64,000 nt of DNA from a virus (Duplodnaviria > Caudoviricetes). Location of the stretch: the IMG/VR virus record IMGVR_UViG_3300027715_000011, positions 12,279-76,278 of that record; one strand, 5' to 3'. The notes below the pieces were generated by a model. That model ran no database searches, was not told where the DNA came from, and worked only from the letters and a program-made list of their open reading frames with translations. This document shows positions 18,527 through 27,783 of the stretch, one piece after another (positions within the stretch are counted from its first letter, which is position 1; each line of letters opens with the position of its first letter). A program made the translations under genes and the position numbers.

Positions 18527-18714
18527 GACAAGTTCCCCTTACCCACCCTCGTTTGATCGTAATCATCGCATTGGTATTAACATTAAATTATACACATTAC
18601 ACAAATAACAATATGGAACTGAATTGTAAATTATGATTTGGTTCCTTCAATATCCAATTAATCATTGTGTGGTTTATGCAATCGCCTTACTTACAAACTA
18701 CCAAACTTGTTTAA

Positions 18715-19008
18715 TTAATCATGAATGATCCTGATCCCATACTGCTCCGCTACAGTATGTTCAATACAGCAACCCCTAGCCTTATTCCATCCTTCCATGA
18801 AATATGCAGCATCTGATTGTGCTAGCATCTGTATTGATTTCCCTAGGTACCATGCTCCCATTGCAGATGTTTCAGGAGCGTCTTCAGCAATGATAGAGTC
18901 AATTACCTCATCTCCATTATCAGTAATGAATTTAACTACTTGATCTCGTTAATACCTGATCTGTTCATTTGACATCCCTAACATTGGTTGACTGATGAAT
19001 ACTTTCAT
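18715..19008 (-). pseudogene. DUF4406-like (nucleoside deoxyribosyltransferase fold) gene with an in-frame TAA at codon 20
   Basis: Hand translation: MKVFISQPMLGMSNEQIRY*RDQVVKF...YLGKSIQMLAQSDAAYFMEGWNKARGCCIEHTVAEQYGIRIIHD; stop at 18949-18951. Confidence 0.8.
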
Positions 19009-19009
19009 A

Positions 19010-19474
19010 TTATCCCTCGATCAGTTCTGTTTTCCAGTTCATTTCCTGGAGTTTTGTATCAATAGTTCGGAATTCTGATGCTACTTTATCTGCTTTATCT
19101 CGGTAATCAGAAACATTTATCGTTGTAATAGTTCTAATTTCAGTTCTTGAGTACCTTGATATTCCGGCATTTGATGCCTGATTTGCAATACTTGAGTAGA
19201 ATTCATGTTCTGATTTAAGGCGATCCCGGTGAGCAATCGCATCTGATATAGACATTGCATCATCGAATGCTGTCTGTGAGTTGATTTTATTGATACATCT
19301 AACCAGATATTCCATCCTGGATAGCACTGACCTGATATCAGTTAAGATCTCAAGTGGTTTTTCAGATGGTTCTTCACCTTCCTGCACAACTACACAACTT
19401 GACATTCTACTCTTTAATTCGTTGAACTTCTTTTGTGCATCTGCACGTTCAATCAATGCTTCGGCAAGTCTCAT
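19010..19474 (-). CDS. DIP1984-family protein
   Basis: MRLAEALIERAD.QK....L..R...V.VQEGE.PSE.P...I.KIN..T...Y.R.EI...ID..LQE.NW..EL. Confidence 0.8.
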   Translation of the reverse strand: MRLAEALIERADAQKKFNELKSRMSSCVVVQEGEEPSEKPLEILTDIRSVLSRMEYLVRCINKINSQTAFDDAMSISDAIAHRDRLKSEHEFYSSIANQASNAGISRYSRTEIRTITTINVSDYRDKADKVASEFRTIDTKLQEMNWKTELIEG

Positions 19475-19489
19475 TATACACCTTTGAGA

Positions 19490-19562
19490 AGCCAGATGTG
19501 AGATTCGGACTCACGATCTCCTGTTTACAGGACAGGTGCCTTAACCACTAGGCTAATCTGGC
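19490..19562 (-). tRNA. tRNA-Thr(TGT), C at position 33
   Basis: GCCAGAT/ATCTGGC acceptor, CCTGT-CCTGTAA-ACAGG anticodon arm, T loop TCCGAAT, U73. Confidence 0.85.
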
Positions 19563-19696
19563 AAATTGAGAGTATTATACAGACTTTTATTCCTCTCATA
19601 TCCATGATCGACGATAACATTACTAACAAGCGGATATTACACAGTGCCCTCCTTAAACACATAAGTAACTCGTTAGCATGCTTTTTCTGCATGGAA

Positions 19697-19772
19697 TCCG
19701 GTTGCTCGGATTTGAACCGAGGGTAATACAGGATCTACAGTCCCGCCCGTTCGACCACTCTGGCACAACCGG
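19697..19772 (-). tRNA. tRNA-Tyr(GTA), archaeal type
   Basis: C1:G72 pair, A73, CT-GTA-GA loop, short variable arm, CTCGG-TTCAAAT-CCGAG T arm. Confidence 0.92.
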
Positions 19773-19789
19773 TACATTATGTTTCTCTG

Positions 19790-19975
19790 GTGACTGCTCC
19801 CACGACTAAAGTCATGGGCTTCTGGGATTCTATACCGTGCTATACAGCCCTAGAGCAAGGCAGACATGTCTGCCAGAAACTATCAGTACAAACAGATGAT
19901 CCAGTTTCTTCCACTTTGATCTTAAGGTGTGTCCAATCTGTTATACATATGTTGGATCTAATAAAAGATAAACTT
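19790..19975 (-). mobile_element. IS200/IS605 remnant: right-end hairpin plus possible degraded tnpB 3' fragment
   Basis: Minus GAAGCCCATGACTTTAGTCGTGGGAGCAGTCAC (19790-19822) matches IS605-type right ends; upstream frame reads DWTHLKIKVEETGSSVC...QTCLPC. Confidence 0.6.
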
Positions 19976-19977
19976 TA

Positions 19978-21220
19978 TGCCATTCATCTCACTTCTTTAG
20001 ATGTGAGATGAATTGAGTAGATAGAGATAAGTATAAATATTAAGCGGTACAATTATAATGTGCAATGTCGCTTAAAGCGTATAAGTTCAGAATATATCCT
20101 ACCAAGGCGCAAGAGACTGTGTTAGAACAGACTCTTGAGACGTGCCGTAGAATATATAACAGGACATTAGCTTTAAGAAAAGATGAGTATGAAGCAACAA
20201 AAACCTCTATTTCTCTGTTTGAAACCAACAAACAGTTGACTCAGTGGAAGAAACAAAACCCGTTTTATTTATCTAAAGTACATTCTCAGGTATTGCAGAA
20301 TGTTCAGGTTAGAGTAGATTTAGCATTTCAAGGTTTCTTCCGTAGAGTCAAGATAGATCCAACTAATGCAGGGTATCCACGGTTTAAGGGACGCGGTAGA
20401 TATAACTCTATCACGTATCCTCAACCCGGTACTGCATTCAGATTAAGATCTGGGTACATTGAACTCTCGAAGATCGGTAAAGTTAAGGTTAAACAGCACA
20501 GAGCAGTAGAAGGTAACCCCAAAACCTGCACGGTTTCAAAGACATGTACCGGTAAATGGTTTATTTCTCTCGCCTGTGAACAAGAACCAAAACAGAAATC
20601 TGAACGAGAGTTTAAAGCAGTTGGTATTGATCTAGGAGTTAGAACTCTTTGCACTTTATCGAATGGTGATGAAGTTCAGCCGCCACGGTTCCTTATGCAG
20701 GATGAGCCTATCCTTAAAAAAGCACAACAAAAGTTAAGTGCTGCTGAAAAAGGGTCTAAACTTAGGAAGAAGTGTAAGAAGGTAGTTGCTCATATTCATG
20801 AACGAATAGCAAACAAACGGAAAGATTTCTGTGATAAGTTAAGTCTATCTTTAGTTCAGACCTACTCTTTTATTGCGTTTGAAGAACTTGAGATTGATGA
20901 AATGGTGCAGAGATCTGATTGTTATATTGAGAAACATATTCTGGATGCTGCATGGAACCAGTTAGTCAGTAAAACTCAGTGCAAAGCGGAAGATGCTGGT
21001 ACAACGGTTATATTGGTTAACCCACGCAACACCACTAAAATGTGTTCTCAGTGTGGGACGTTAGTACCAAAAGATAGGAATGAAACGGTACATGACTGTC
21101 CTGCGTGTGGTCTCTCGTTAGGAAGAGACCATAACGCTGCAATCAACATACTCAGACTGGGGTTGCAGTCTGTGGGTTCAATCCCTAGATGCCCGTCACT
21201 TCAGTGATGGGAGTAATCAC
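19978..21220 (+). mobile_element. IS200/IS605-family element, tnpB only
   Basis: Left hairpin ATTCATCTCAC-TTCTTTAGAT-GTGAGATGAAT preceded by TTTAT; right end GCCCGTCACTTCAGTGATGGGAGTAATCAC ending at 21220. Confidence 0.85.
20065..21207 (+). CDS. tnpB: TnpB RNA-guided nuclease
   Basis: KAYKFRIYPT, GYPRFK, VGIDLGVR, IAFEEL, TTKMCSQCG, CPACG, RDHNAAINIL. Confidence 0.96.
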   Translation: MSLKAYKFRIYPTKAQETVLEQTLETCRRIYNRTLALRKDEYEATKTSISLFETNKQLTQWKKQNPFYLSKVHSQVLQNVQVRVDLAFQGFFRRVKIDPTNAGYPRFKGRGRYNSITYPQPGTAFRLRSGYIELSKIGKVKVKQHRAVEGNPKTCTVSKTCTGKWFISLACEQEPKQKSEREFKAVGIDLGVRTLCTLSNGDEVQPPRFLMQDEPILKKAQQKLSAAEKGSKLRKKCKKVVAHIHERIANKRKDFCDKLSLSLVQTYSFIAFEELEIDEMVQRSDCYIEKHILDAAWNQLVSKTQCKAEDAGTTVILVNPRNTTKMCSQCGTLVPKDRNETVHDCPACGLSLGRDHNAAINILRLGLQSVGSIPRCPSLQ

Positions 21221-21285
21221 GGACACCCTCATATGGAGCAATTGATCGCTTAACGCTGATTCTCCATAGTTTCTGATACCAGAGA

Positions 21286-21355
21286 TGGACCACGTAGGAG
21301 TTGAACCTACATCACGAGTTTTGGAAACTCGTTTCCTGCCATTGGAGAATGATCC
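21286..21355 (-). tRNA. tRNA-Trp(CCA), intron-less, short D arm
   Basis: GGATCAT/GTGGTCC acceptor, CGAGT-TTCCAAA-ACTCG anticodon arm, GTAGG-TTCAACT-CCTAC T arm. Confidence 0.85.
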
Positions 21356-21493
21356 TATGAATCAGGCCTTGGGCCGAATTATTAGAGGTTTGTCCCGAAG
21401 CAGGCTCCTTTGCACCATGCTGTTGATCAAAATCCCATGACCGCTATCTGATCCATTATTATAATTGACTATAATAGTTATAAATCTTTTGTT

Positions 21494-21823
21494 TTACCAA
21501 TTCACCTTCTCAATTGGATACCATGTTCTATTTGCAGGATTTCTATGCCATTTCTGTATAGCCTCTTCAGGTGTTTTAAATTCTCCTGTCTGGCATCCAC
21601 ACCCATCATGATCTTTACAGTTTACGTAATAGTAATACTCGATATGACAATCCCCATATTCGATACACCAAACCTCTGATGGGCCATTACATAATGGACA
21701 ACCAAGAAGAGCCTCTTTTAATTCTATACAACAATGAGGACATACTGCAGTATCATCTGTTTCGATTGTATACCTACATTTAGGGCAGATTAATGTCTTC
21801 ATCTTAACACCATAAAATTGCAA
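21494..21823 (-). CDS. Lar-like (restriction alleviation family) Zn-binding protein
   Basis: CPLC.G...YYVNC....CG......T.EEAIQKWHR. Confidence 0.6.
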   Translation of the reverse strand: MQFYGVKMKTLICPKCRYTIETDDTAVCPHCCIELKEALLGCPLCNGPSEVWCIEYGDCHIEYYYYVNCKDHDGCGCQTGEFKTPEEAIQKWHRNPANRTWYPIEKVNW

Positions 21824-22297
21824 TGGTATTCAACATTAAAATCAGATGTTTTCTTTCGTGCAATATAACCGGTTATCTTCTTTCCACCAAAGATAGATGT
21901 ATGAATCTCATCATCATGAATGATATATTTATCAGATAACTCTTTAGTAAGTTTCTCTTCCTCTAAATAATCATGATTTATCATTTTACCGATGATATGA
22001 AATGATTTATCTTTTATTTCAATTGTAGCGTTGACAACAAGAATATCTTTAGTTGGATCATATGTTGGCATATTATCTGTATTCATGAAAATAAAGATAG
22101 TATTATTCTTCCTTTCTTTAAGCATAATACCTTTAACGTTTTCAACGACCATGTTTTACCTCCAGTCTTATACCATCTTGCGTTTCGATGATGTCAAAAT
22201 CTACATTAGTATATTTATCAATTTTTGCACTAATAGATTCTGATGGATCCAAACCTCTAAAATCACCAACACTTCCTTTTATAATTCCTTTTACCAT
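21799..22297 (-). CDS. two hypothetical proteins (21799-22152; 22142-22297)
   Basis: Overlapping ORFs; second start set at MVKGIIKG, downstream of tRNA-Leu. Confidence 0.5.
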
Positions 22298-22303
22298 AAT
22301 AGA

Positions 22304-22391
22304 TGGGTCAGACCGGACTTGAACCGGTGCGTTTACCCTTCGGTGGCAGATCTTAAGTCTGCTGGATTCTGCCAAGCTCTCCCACTGACCC
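22304..22391 (-). tRNA. tRNA-Leu(TAA)
   Basis: GGGTCAG/CTGACCC acceptor, GCAGA-CTTAAGA-TCTGC anticodon arm, long variable arm, ACCGG-TTCAAGT-CCGGT T arm. Confidence 0.92.
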
Positions 22392-22428
22392 AATATAGTT
22401 AGAATAATTTCATATAAATAATTTAGCA

Positions 22429-22605
22429 TTATGTATAGATCCTACCACACCCGGTGCATTTAAACATTTTATAAAATCCGGTGACATTATCATATTTGTG
22501 TGTAATAGTTTGTATAAACTGTATTGGAGCGCTACACCATGTACATGTATGATTATTAGGGATATCTCCAGCAAATATCGCATTATTTAAGTTTTTACTG
22601 TACAT
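22429..22605 (-). CDS. 58-aa Zn-ribbon protein, not in the ORF track
   Basis: MYSKNLNNAIFAGDIPNNHTCTWC...GFYKMFKCTGCGRIYT; paralogue of the adjacent gene. Confidence 0.7.
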   Translation of the reverse strand: MYSKNLNNAIFAGDIPNNHTCTWCSAPIQFIQTITHKYDNVTGFYKMFKCTGCGRIYT

Positions 22606-22759
22606 AAATCATCCCACAACCAGGGCATTTATATAATGTAAAGAATCCTTTAACCAATTCATCTGGATCACAGGTAACATTATCTTTACATTCTAATAGA
22701 GATCCACACCTAGTGCAGATATAATCTTCAGTGATAGCATCTGCATATATCATCTGCAT
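22595..22759 (-). CDS. small Zn-ribbon protein
   Basis: IYADAITEDYICTRC...GFFTLYKCPGCGMIYVQ; the real part of track ORF 22595..23053. Confidence 0.7.
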   Translation of the reverse strand: MQMIYADAITEDYICTRCGSLLECKDNVTCDPDELVKGFFTLYKCPGCGMIYVQ

Positions 22760-22832
22760 AAATCTTTGATTTATACTATAATAATTATTTGAATACAAAA
22801 TAATTATATACAATAACCTCCTATCAGTAAAT

Positions 22833-24122
22833 ATGACAGAACTTATGGTGGCATCCCCGGTGGAAACCGGTCGCCAGATCATGAGTGAGATATTCAATAA
22901 CCATACCATCAGGTTTGTTGATGATGGCGATCGATGGGTCTCACTCACTGACATACGGAATGCTATTGGTATTGATCGAAGTACATCGGGAAAGATTGTT
23001 AAGCGAATTGAGTCAACTTTCCCCGGATGTTCAAGAGTGGACGTGGCGTCCACGCTAGGAGAGACTGATCCACTCAGGGCAATTCAGAAAGAGACGGTGC
23101 TGAACAAAGAGGGTGTTGTGCATTACTTCCAGATGATGCATGTCGAACGACTGTCCAACCCAAACGTGAAGGCAAACTGTATTGCATTTCAGAAGTGGGT
23201 TGCTACATTCATCGGCAATGTCCTGTCCGGTGACCTTGCAGTACTCGATACCCCTGCAGTAACAGCGCACAGTATTGCATCTGGTATCTACCTTCAGCAG
23301 CTTAAGATCGGGAAAGAGATGGTACGCTCCCATTTCATCCAGACCGAGCAGATGCATATCATGGCACTGAAGAAGGCCGAGGTGGATTCAGGTGTTGATC
23401 TGAGTTGCTGGTACTCCATCATCCCGCAGGAGCATGTATTCTATGATACGCTCAATGCAACCGAGATCGGGGAACAACTTGAACCTGCATTACCGGCGCG
23501 AAAGGTGAATATGCTCTTACAGGAGCACGGGTTCATCAGAAAGATCGGAGAGGGTGAATGGGAGATTACCGATAAAGGTATCCAATATGGAAAGTCGGTA
23601 CCTGTGCATAAGTCTCTCCCTGCACTGATCGCATCTGAACATAATCCGGTGATCAGAAAACCACGGTGGATGAGAAGTATCGTTGATGTACTGCAACAGA
23701 TCATCAACCCTGATATCCATGAAGAGCCGGTGCAGGTCCCACAACTTCCAGAACCAGAGGTGCCTGATGTGGTGCCACCAGTTCAGGATGCCATACTGGG
23801 TGATCTGGTCTATAACGGCACGCCTATCAGGATCCTGAAAGGCATGGTATCCACCTATGATATCATGCGTGCAGCTGGATTCACCAATGCACATCTCCAG
23901 CACGCATTAAGCATCCTATGCAGGAACTACCCGGCGTTATGCTACGAATGCACGCTCGCGGATCTTGGAGAGAAAGAGTATGACAAATCCACCAGGGATG
24001 AAGTACTACTCAGCAAGAAGGGTGTTCAGATCCTGTTTGACCTCATCCCGGCTTCATCGGTACCATCAGTAAATGAGGCGACGCTGAAAGTGAAAATGAT
24101 GGTATTATCAAAACTTAATTAA
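22833..24122 (+). CDS. Phage antirepressor-like protein (Bro-N, KilA-C/ANT-like, second Bro-N-like domain)
   Basis: IRFVDDGDRWVSLTDI..AIG; FQKWV; LNATEIGEQL...ARKVN.LL...GF...WEIT.KG. Confidence 0.75.
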   Translation: MTELMVASPVETGRQIMSEIFNNHTIRFVDDGDRWVSLTDIRNAIGIDRSTSGKIVKRIESTFPGCSRVDVASTLGETDPLRAIQKETVLNKEGVVHYFQMMHVERLSNPNVKANCIAFQKWVATFIGNVLSGDLAVLDTPAVTAHSIASGIYLQQLKIGKEMVRSHFIQTEQMHIMALKKAEVDSGVDLSCWYSIIPQEHVFYDTLNATEIGEQLEPALPARKVNMLLQEHGFIRKIGEGEWEITDKGIQYGKSVPVHKSLPALIASEHNPVIRKPRWMRSIVDVLQQIINPDIHEEPVQVPQLPEPEVPDVVPPVQDAILGDLVYNGTPIRILKGMVSTYDIMRAAGFTNAHLQHALSILCRNYPALCYECTLADLGEKEYDKSTRDEVLLSKKGVQILFDLIPASSVPSVNEATLKVKMMVLSKLN

Positions 24123-24148
24123 TCTTTATCTCTTTTTACTACGTAACC

Positions 24149-25045
24149 TTGAGTATGGTCAAGGTTGCTCTGAACACAATAGATGGCACATTCAACCTAT
24201 CAAAGATAGGGTATACATGGCTGATCACCCATAAAGGCTGGTTCTTCTCAGGTTATTTACCAACCGAAGCCGAGGTAACAACTGAACTTACCAGGGTAAC
24301 AACATTACTTGCACAGAAAGATCTGGTGATAACCACATCATATACCGGTGAAGGTACTATCACACTCAGTAACTCAACCCCAAAGACCGGGGATGATGTA
24401 ACGGTATCAATAGTCCCGGGAACCGGATACTATATCAGTTCAGTGCTGGTAGACGGGGAAGAGCGGGGATCGGTATCATTGATAAAGCTGAACTCATTAT
24501 CAGTAAATCATACAATAGCGATTACATTTACATTAAAGCCTGATATTATCACTCCTGCTATTATTACGGCCATGACTGAAGGCGGTGTTATTACAACTCC
24601 GGGAACTCATTATGTTGAGGCAGGCACCAACTATATTGTTGCATTACGCCCATCTGACGGGTATACTGTAGATTATATCATGGTTGATGCTATTGAGATC
24701 ATATCGCCGGTGTATAACGCTGACGGATCCTATACCACTCAGTTTACTAATATCACCGAGAACCATACGGTATTTGTAGCATTTAAAAAGATAGATGCCT
24801 CTGTGCTGGTAACCGATAGTGTCAAGATCATATACGAAGACAAGTACGGGCAGTGGCAGACAAACGTCGATGATCGTACCGACGTTGATCGTATTGCGTG
24901 TATTGAGGCGTTAGGCACCGTTGCCAATGGAGATTATGCAGTGCTTGAGGTTGCAACTGTGCCAGATACAGTCTCTAAATGGTATGTAAAGCGTAATTGT
25001 AAGGGTGGAGAGGTCGTTACAGAGTCGTATAATACATGGGGATGA
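24149..25045 (+). CDS. Paralogue of 14008..14916 with inserted InlB-B-like repeats
   Basis: VKVALNT..GTFNLSK.GY.WL...two repeats...DDRTDVD.IACIEALG..ANG.YAVLEV..VPD. Confidence 0.65.
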   Translation: MSMVKVALNTIDGTFNLSKIGYTWLITHKGWFFSGYLPTEAEVTTELTRVTTLLAQKDLVITTSYTGEGTITLSNSTPKTGDDVTVSIVPGTGYYISSVLVDGEERGSVSLIKLNSLSVNHTIAITFTLKPDIITPAIITAMTEGGVITTPGTHYVEAGTNYIVALRPSDGYTVDYIMVDAIEIISPVYNADGSYTTQFTNITENHTVFVAFKKIDASVLVTDSVKIIYEDKYGQWQTNVDDRTDVDRIACIEALGTVANGDYAVLEVATVPDTVSKWYVKRNCKGGEVVTESYNTWG

Positions 25046-25085
25046 TAGCGATAATATTATATACTTACATTAAAAAACAACACAT

Positions 25086-25391
25086 TTGATATTTATGGAT
25101 CTTACACTATTTACACCGATCATCGGTGCCATGGTCTATGCGATCGTCGGACTGGTCAGGTCAATACCTGCCGGAGATGATATCTCTGCACCAAAGTTCA
25201 TTGTGACTATTATTGTCGGAGCAGCCGCAGGATATGTCATGATGATGAACGGCATTACCGTTACTGATGCAAGTTTCACTGCTGAGATGGCAAACAACTC
25301 TGCGCTCTACCTTGCAGTCACCTATGTAGCTAATAAACTGGTATCCTTCGTCTACGATTTCATTAATAGCAGGAAAGCAGTTACAGCATAA
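25086..25391 (+). CDS. small multi-TM membrane protein (holin-like)
   Basis: Three hydrophobic segments and a basic C-terminus. Confidence 0.5.
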   Translation: MIFMDLTLFTPIIGAMVYAIVGLVRSIPAGDDISAPKFIVTIIVGAAAGYVMMMNGITVTDASFTAEMANNSALYLAVTYVANKLVSFVYDFINSRKAVTA

Positions 25392-25422
25392 CTTATTTAT
25401 CCTTTTTTAGCGTATATAATCC

Positions 25423-26808
25423 ATGATGGATTATCAGTTCTATTCGATGGATCTGTCAGGGTATATTCCTGACCATGTGTCAGATGTGATGCAACGATTT
25501 GATCAGCACCAGATCTATATCGTAGGAGGGGCATCACTCAGTACGTTTGCAACCATCCACAACCTATCTCCATATAATACAACACCGCATGACTGGGATC
25601 TGTTCTGTTCAGCAACCCCTGATGTCATTATGAAGTACGTACCTGAAGCGGTACCTATCAGAGGCCAGGACCGGATATTTACGGTATCCATCCCTCATAC
25701 AGATATCGAGATCTCTACATTCAGACGAGGGGGAGATCGTACCACATTTGGAACTACCATCCTAGAGCACCTTGATACCTGTGACTTTACCATCAATGCA
25801 ATAGCAATGGATAAGACCGGGTTTATCATGAAGAAGAATGTAGTGAACGATATCCATACAAAAACCCTGAGGTGTGTAGGGAATGCAGAGGAGAGAATAT
25901 CAGAGGATCTTAACCGGATAGTGAGAGCTTTACGATTTGCATCAAAGTACAACATGATAATCCATTATGACCTGTACAAGATACTGAGGTCGTGTTCACT
26001 GGTAGGTATTCCTGTAGAGACGATAGCAAAAGAGCTGATGAAAGCGGCTCCCCATCCCGCTATCGCAGATCTCCTCATTGATACAGGGCTGATGTTTCGT
26101 ATATTTCCAAAGATGGAGGATATGGTTGCCATGACTGCCGGTAAGAACCATACCGAGTCGTTGATAGATCATACCCTCATGGTGTACAAGGGTGTCTGTA
26201 AACTTACAGACAACGCTAATCTCTGCTTAGCTGCATGGCTTCATGATTACGGCAAGATCGATACCATGGATGAGAACGGCAGAGCATACGGGCATGACAA
26301 ACTTGGAGCAGACCAGGTGCGTGATCTGCTTACCGGGTACAAGTTCAGTAAACATGATACAGACTATATCACGACACTGATCAGGTATCACATGTACGGG
26401 TATGTGGACACTCTACGAAACGCCACATGGGCGAAAGCGTTCGATGACATGCTTAAACATAACGTATACCCGTTAGATCTGGTGATGCTTCAGTATGCAG
26501 ATCATACCGGTAGAATCCTCCCTGACGGGTCTAAATGTAAGTACACATTCGATGAGTTCAAGAATACCAATGCCTGCTGGCAGGCATGGCTTCACTTCCA
26601 GGAGAAAGAGATCCCGGTGAACACCAACTCACTTGCAGTTAATGGAAATGATATCATGGCACTGGGGATACCTGCAGGTCCTAAGATCAAACTGATCCTG
26701 AACAAGCTTCATGATATGGTGGCTGATGGTATCATCGAGAATGATAAGGATGTCATGATAGACATCATCAATACTTTCATTATTCAGCCTGAATTGATAG
26801 CAGCGTGA
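25423..26808 (+). CDS. Class II tRNA nucleotidyltransferase (CCA-adding/poly(A) polymerase family) with HD domain
   Basis: YIVGG, HDWDL, EISTFR, DFTINAIA, EDLNRIVRALRFA, DHT...WLHDYGK...YGHD..GA. Confidence 0.88.
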   Translation: MMDYQFYSMDLSGYIPDHVSDVMQRFDQHQIYIVGGASLSTFATIHNLSPYNTTPHDWDLFCSATPDVIMKYVPEAVPIRGQDRIFTVSIPHTDIEISTFRRGGDRTTFGTTILEHLDTCDFTINAIAMDKTGFIMKKNVVNDIHTKTLRCVGNAEERISEDLNRIVRALRFASKYNMIIHYDLYKILRSCSLVGIPVETIAKELMKAAPHPAIADLLIDTGLMFRIFPKMEDMVAMTAGKNHTESLIDHTLMVYKGVCKLTDNANLCLAAWLHDYGKIDTMDENGRAYGHDKLGADQVRDLLTGYKFSKHDTDYITTLIRYHMYGYVDTLRNATWAKAFDDMLKHNVYPLDLVMLQYADHTGRILPDGSKCKYTFDEFKNTNACWQAWLHFQEKEIPVNTNSLAVNGNDIMALGIPAGPKIKLILNKLHDMVADGIIENDKDVMIDIINTFIIQPELIAA

Positions 26809-26816
26809 GTTGTAGT

Positions 26817-27602
26817 TTAGAAATCAACTACAAACTTATGGATATCGTAATCGTAATCGTTTCCGTTCACTTCTATGTAGACATACCCGCATTCAGACGG
26901 GATCAACGAGTTTGTTGTCTTTGATGCAAAGTCATCTATCGTCTTCCATACCGGGGAGATGATCCCATGGATATCATGGGCATTCACTTCTGTAGAGTAA
27001 TGAGTATGTCCTCTGATAATGATGTCAGGTCTATTGGATGTGTCGTAATAGTACGGGTTTGCAACGATGTTGTTGATCTCACTGATCAGCCCGTTTGGCC
27101 GGTTCAGATAGTTAGACCGGTATGATGTCTTATGTCTCAGGTTGATCTTCAGTTTCTCTACCTTATCGGTATACTGTCCTGAGAACCTGTACTTGATCTT
27201 CTTCCTGGATGCAAGTTCCATCATAACTGCCCGGTCAGCAGACATATTGAGGTCAACATGATAGGGAGAGCCCTGTACCATAATATACTCTTCAGATGGG
27301 ATGTCCTCCAGCATGGTTGCAGCGATATTCACCTGTTCATGCATATCTGATGTGATGAGATGGTATCCCCTGCCTTTCTCATTGGTGCCGTCGCAGAAGT
27401 CACCCATACAGTAGACCTTGTCAACATGATCATATGTATGGATCATCTCGTTCCACTCTTTTCTGAGTTCATCCTGTGCTTCGTTTGATAAAATAGTGAA
27501 TTGTTGGTTGGATTCAGGATCTCCGATGGTAACCCGTTCTTTCATTAAACTACAGGGAGCACCACCGTGAATATCTGAAATAACCAGTATACTCGTTGTC
27601 AT
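26817..27602 (-). CDS. metallophosphoesterase (phage type)
   Basis: ISDIH.G, MGDFCDG, GS.YH, RH, RGHTH. Confidence 0.8.
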   Translation of the reverse strand: MTTSILVISDIHGGAPCSLMKERVTIGDPESNQQFTILSNEAQDELRKEWNEMIHTYDHVDKVYCMGDFCDGTNEKGRGYHLITSDMHEQVNIAATMLEDIPSEEYIMVQGSPYHVDLNMSADRAVMMELASRKKIKYRFSGQYTDKVEKLKINLRHKTSYRSNYLNRPNGLISEINNIVANPYYYDTSNRPDIIIRGHTHYSTEVNAHDIHGIISPVWKTIDDFASKTTNSLIPSECGYVYIEVNGNDYDYDIHKFVVDF

Positions 27603-27783
27603 TGAAAAGAGTTGATGTACTGAGTATATAAAGTTACTGGTCTATAACTTAAAATTATACTTATTTACTCTCCCAACCGGGCTATGCTTATATGTACACC
27701 CACACGTACATTCTCGTATTATAGCACCACCAAGCATCTTAACAAATTTGCCCTTTTCATTGCATTCAGGACAGCGTTCTATA

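Noticed and set aside
20065-21207. Cas12f or type V CRISPR effector
   Set aside because: IS605-type ends flank the gene and no array is nearby, so TnpB is the simpler call.
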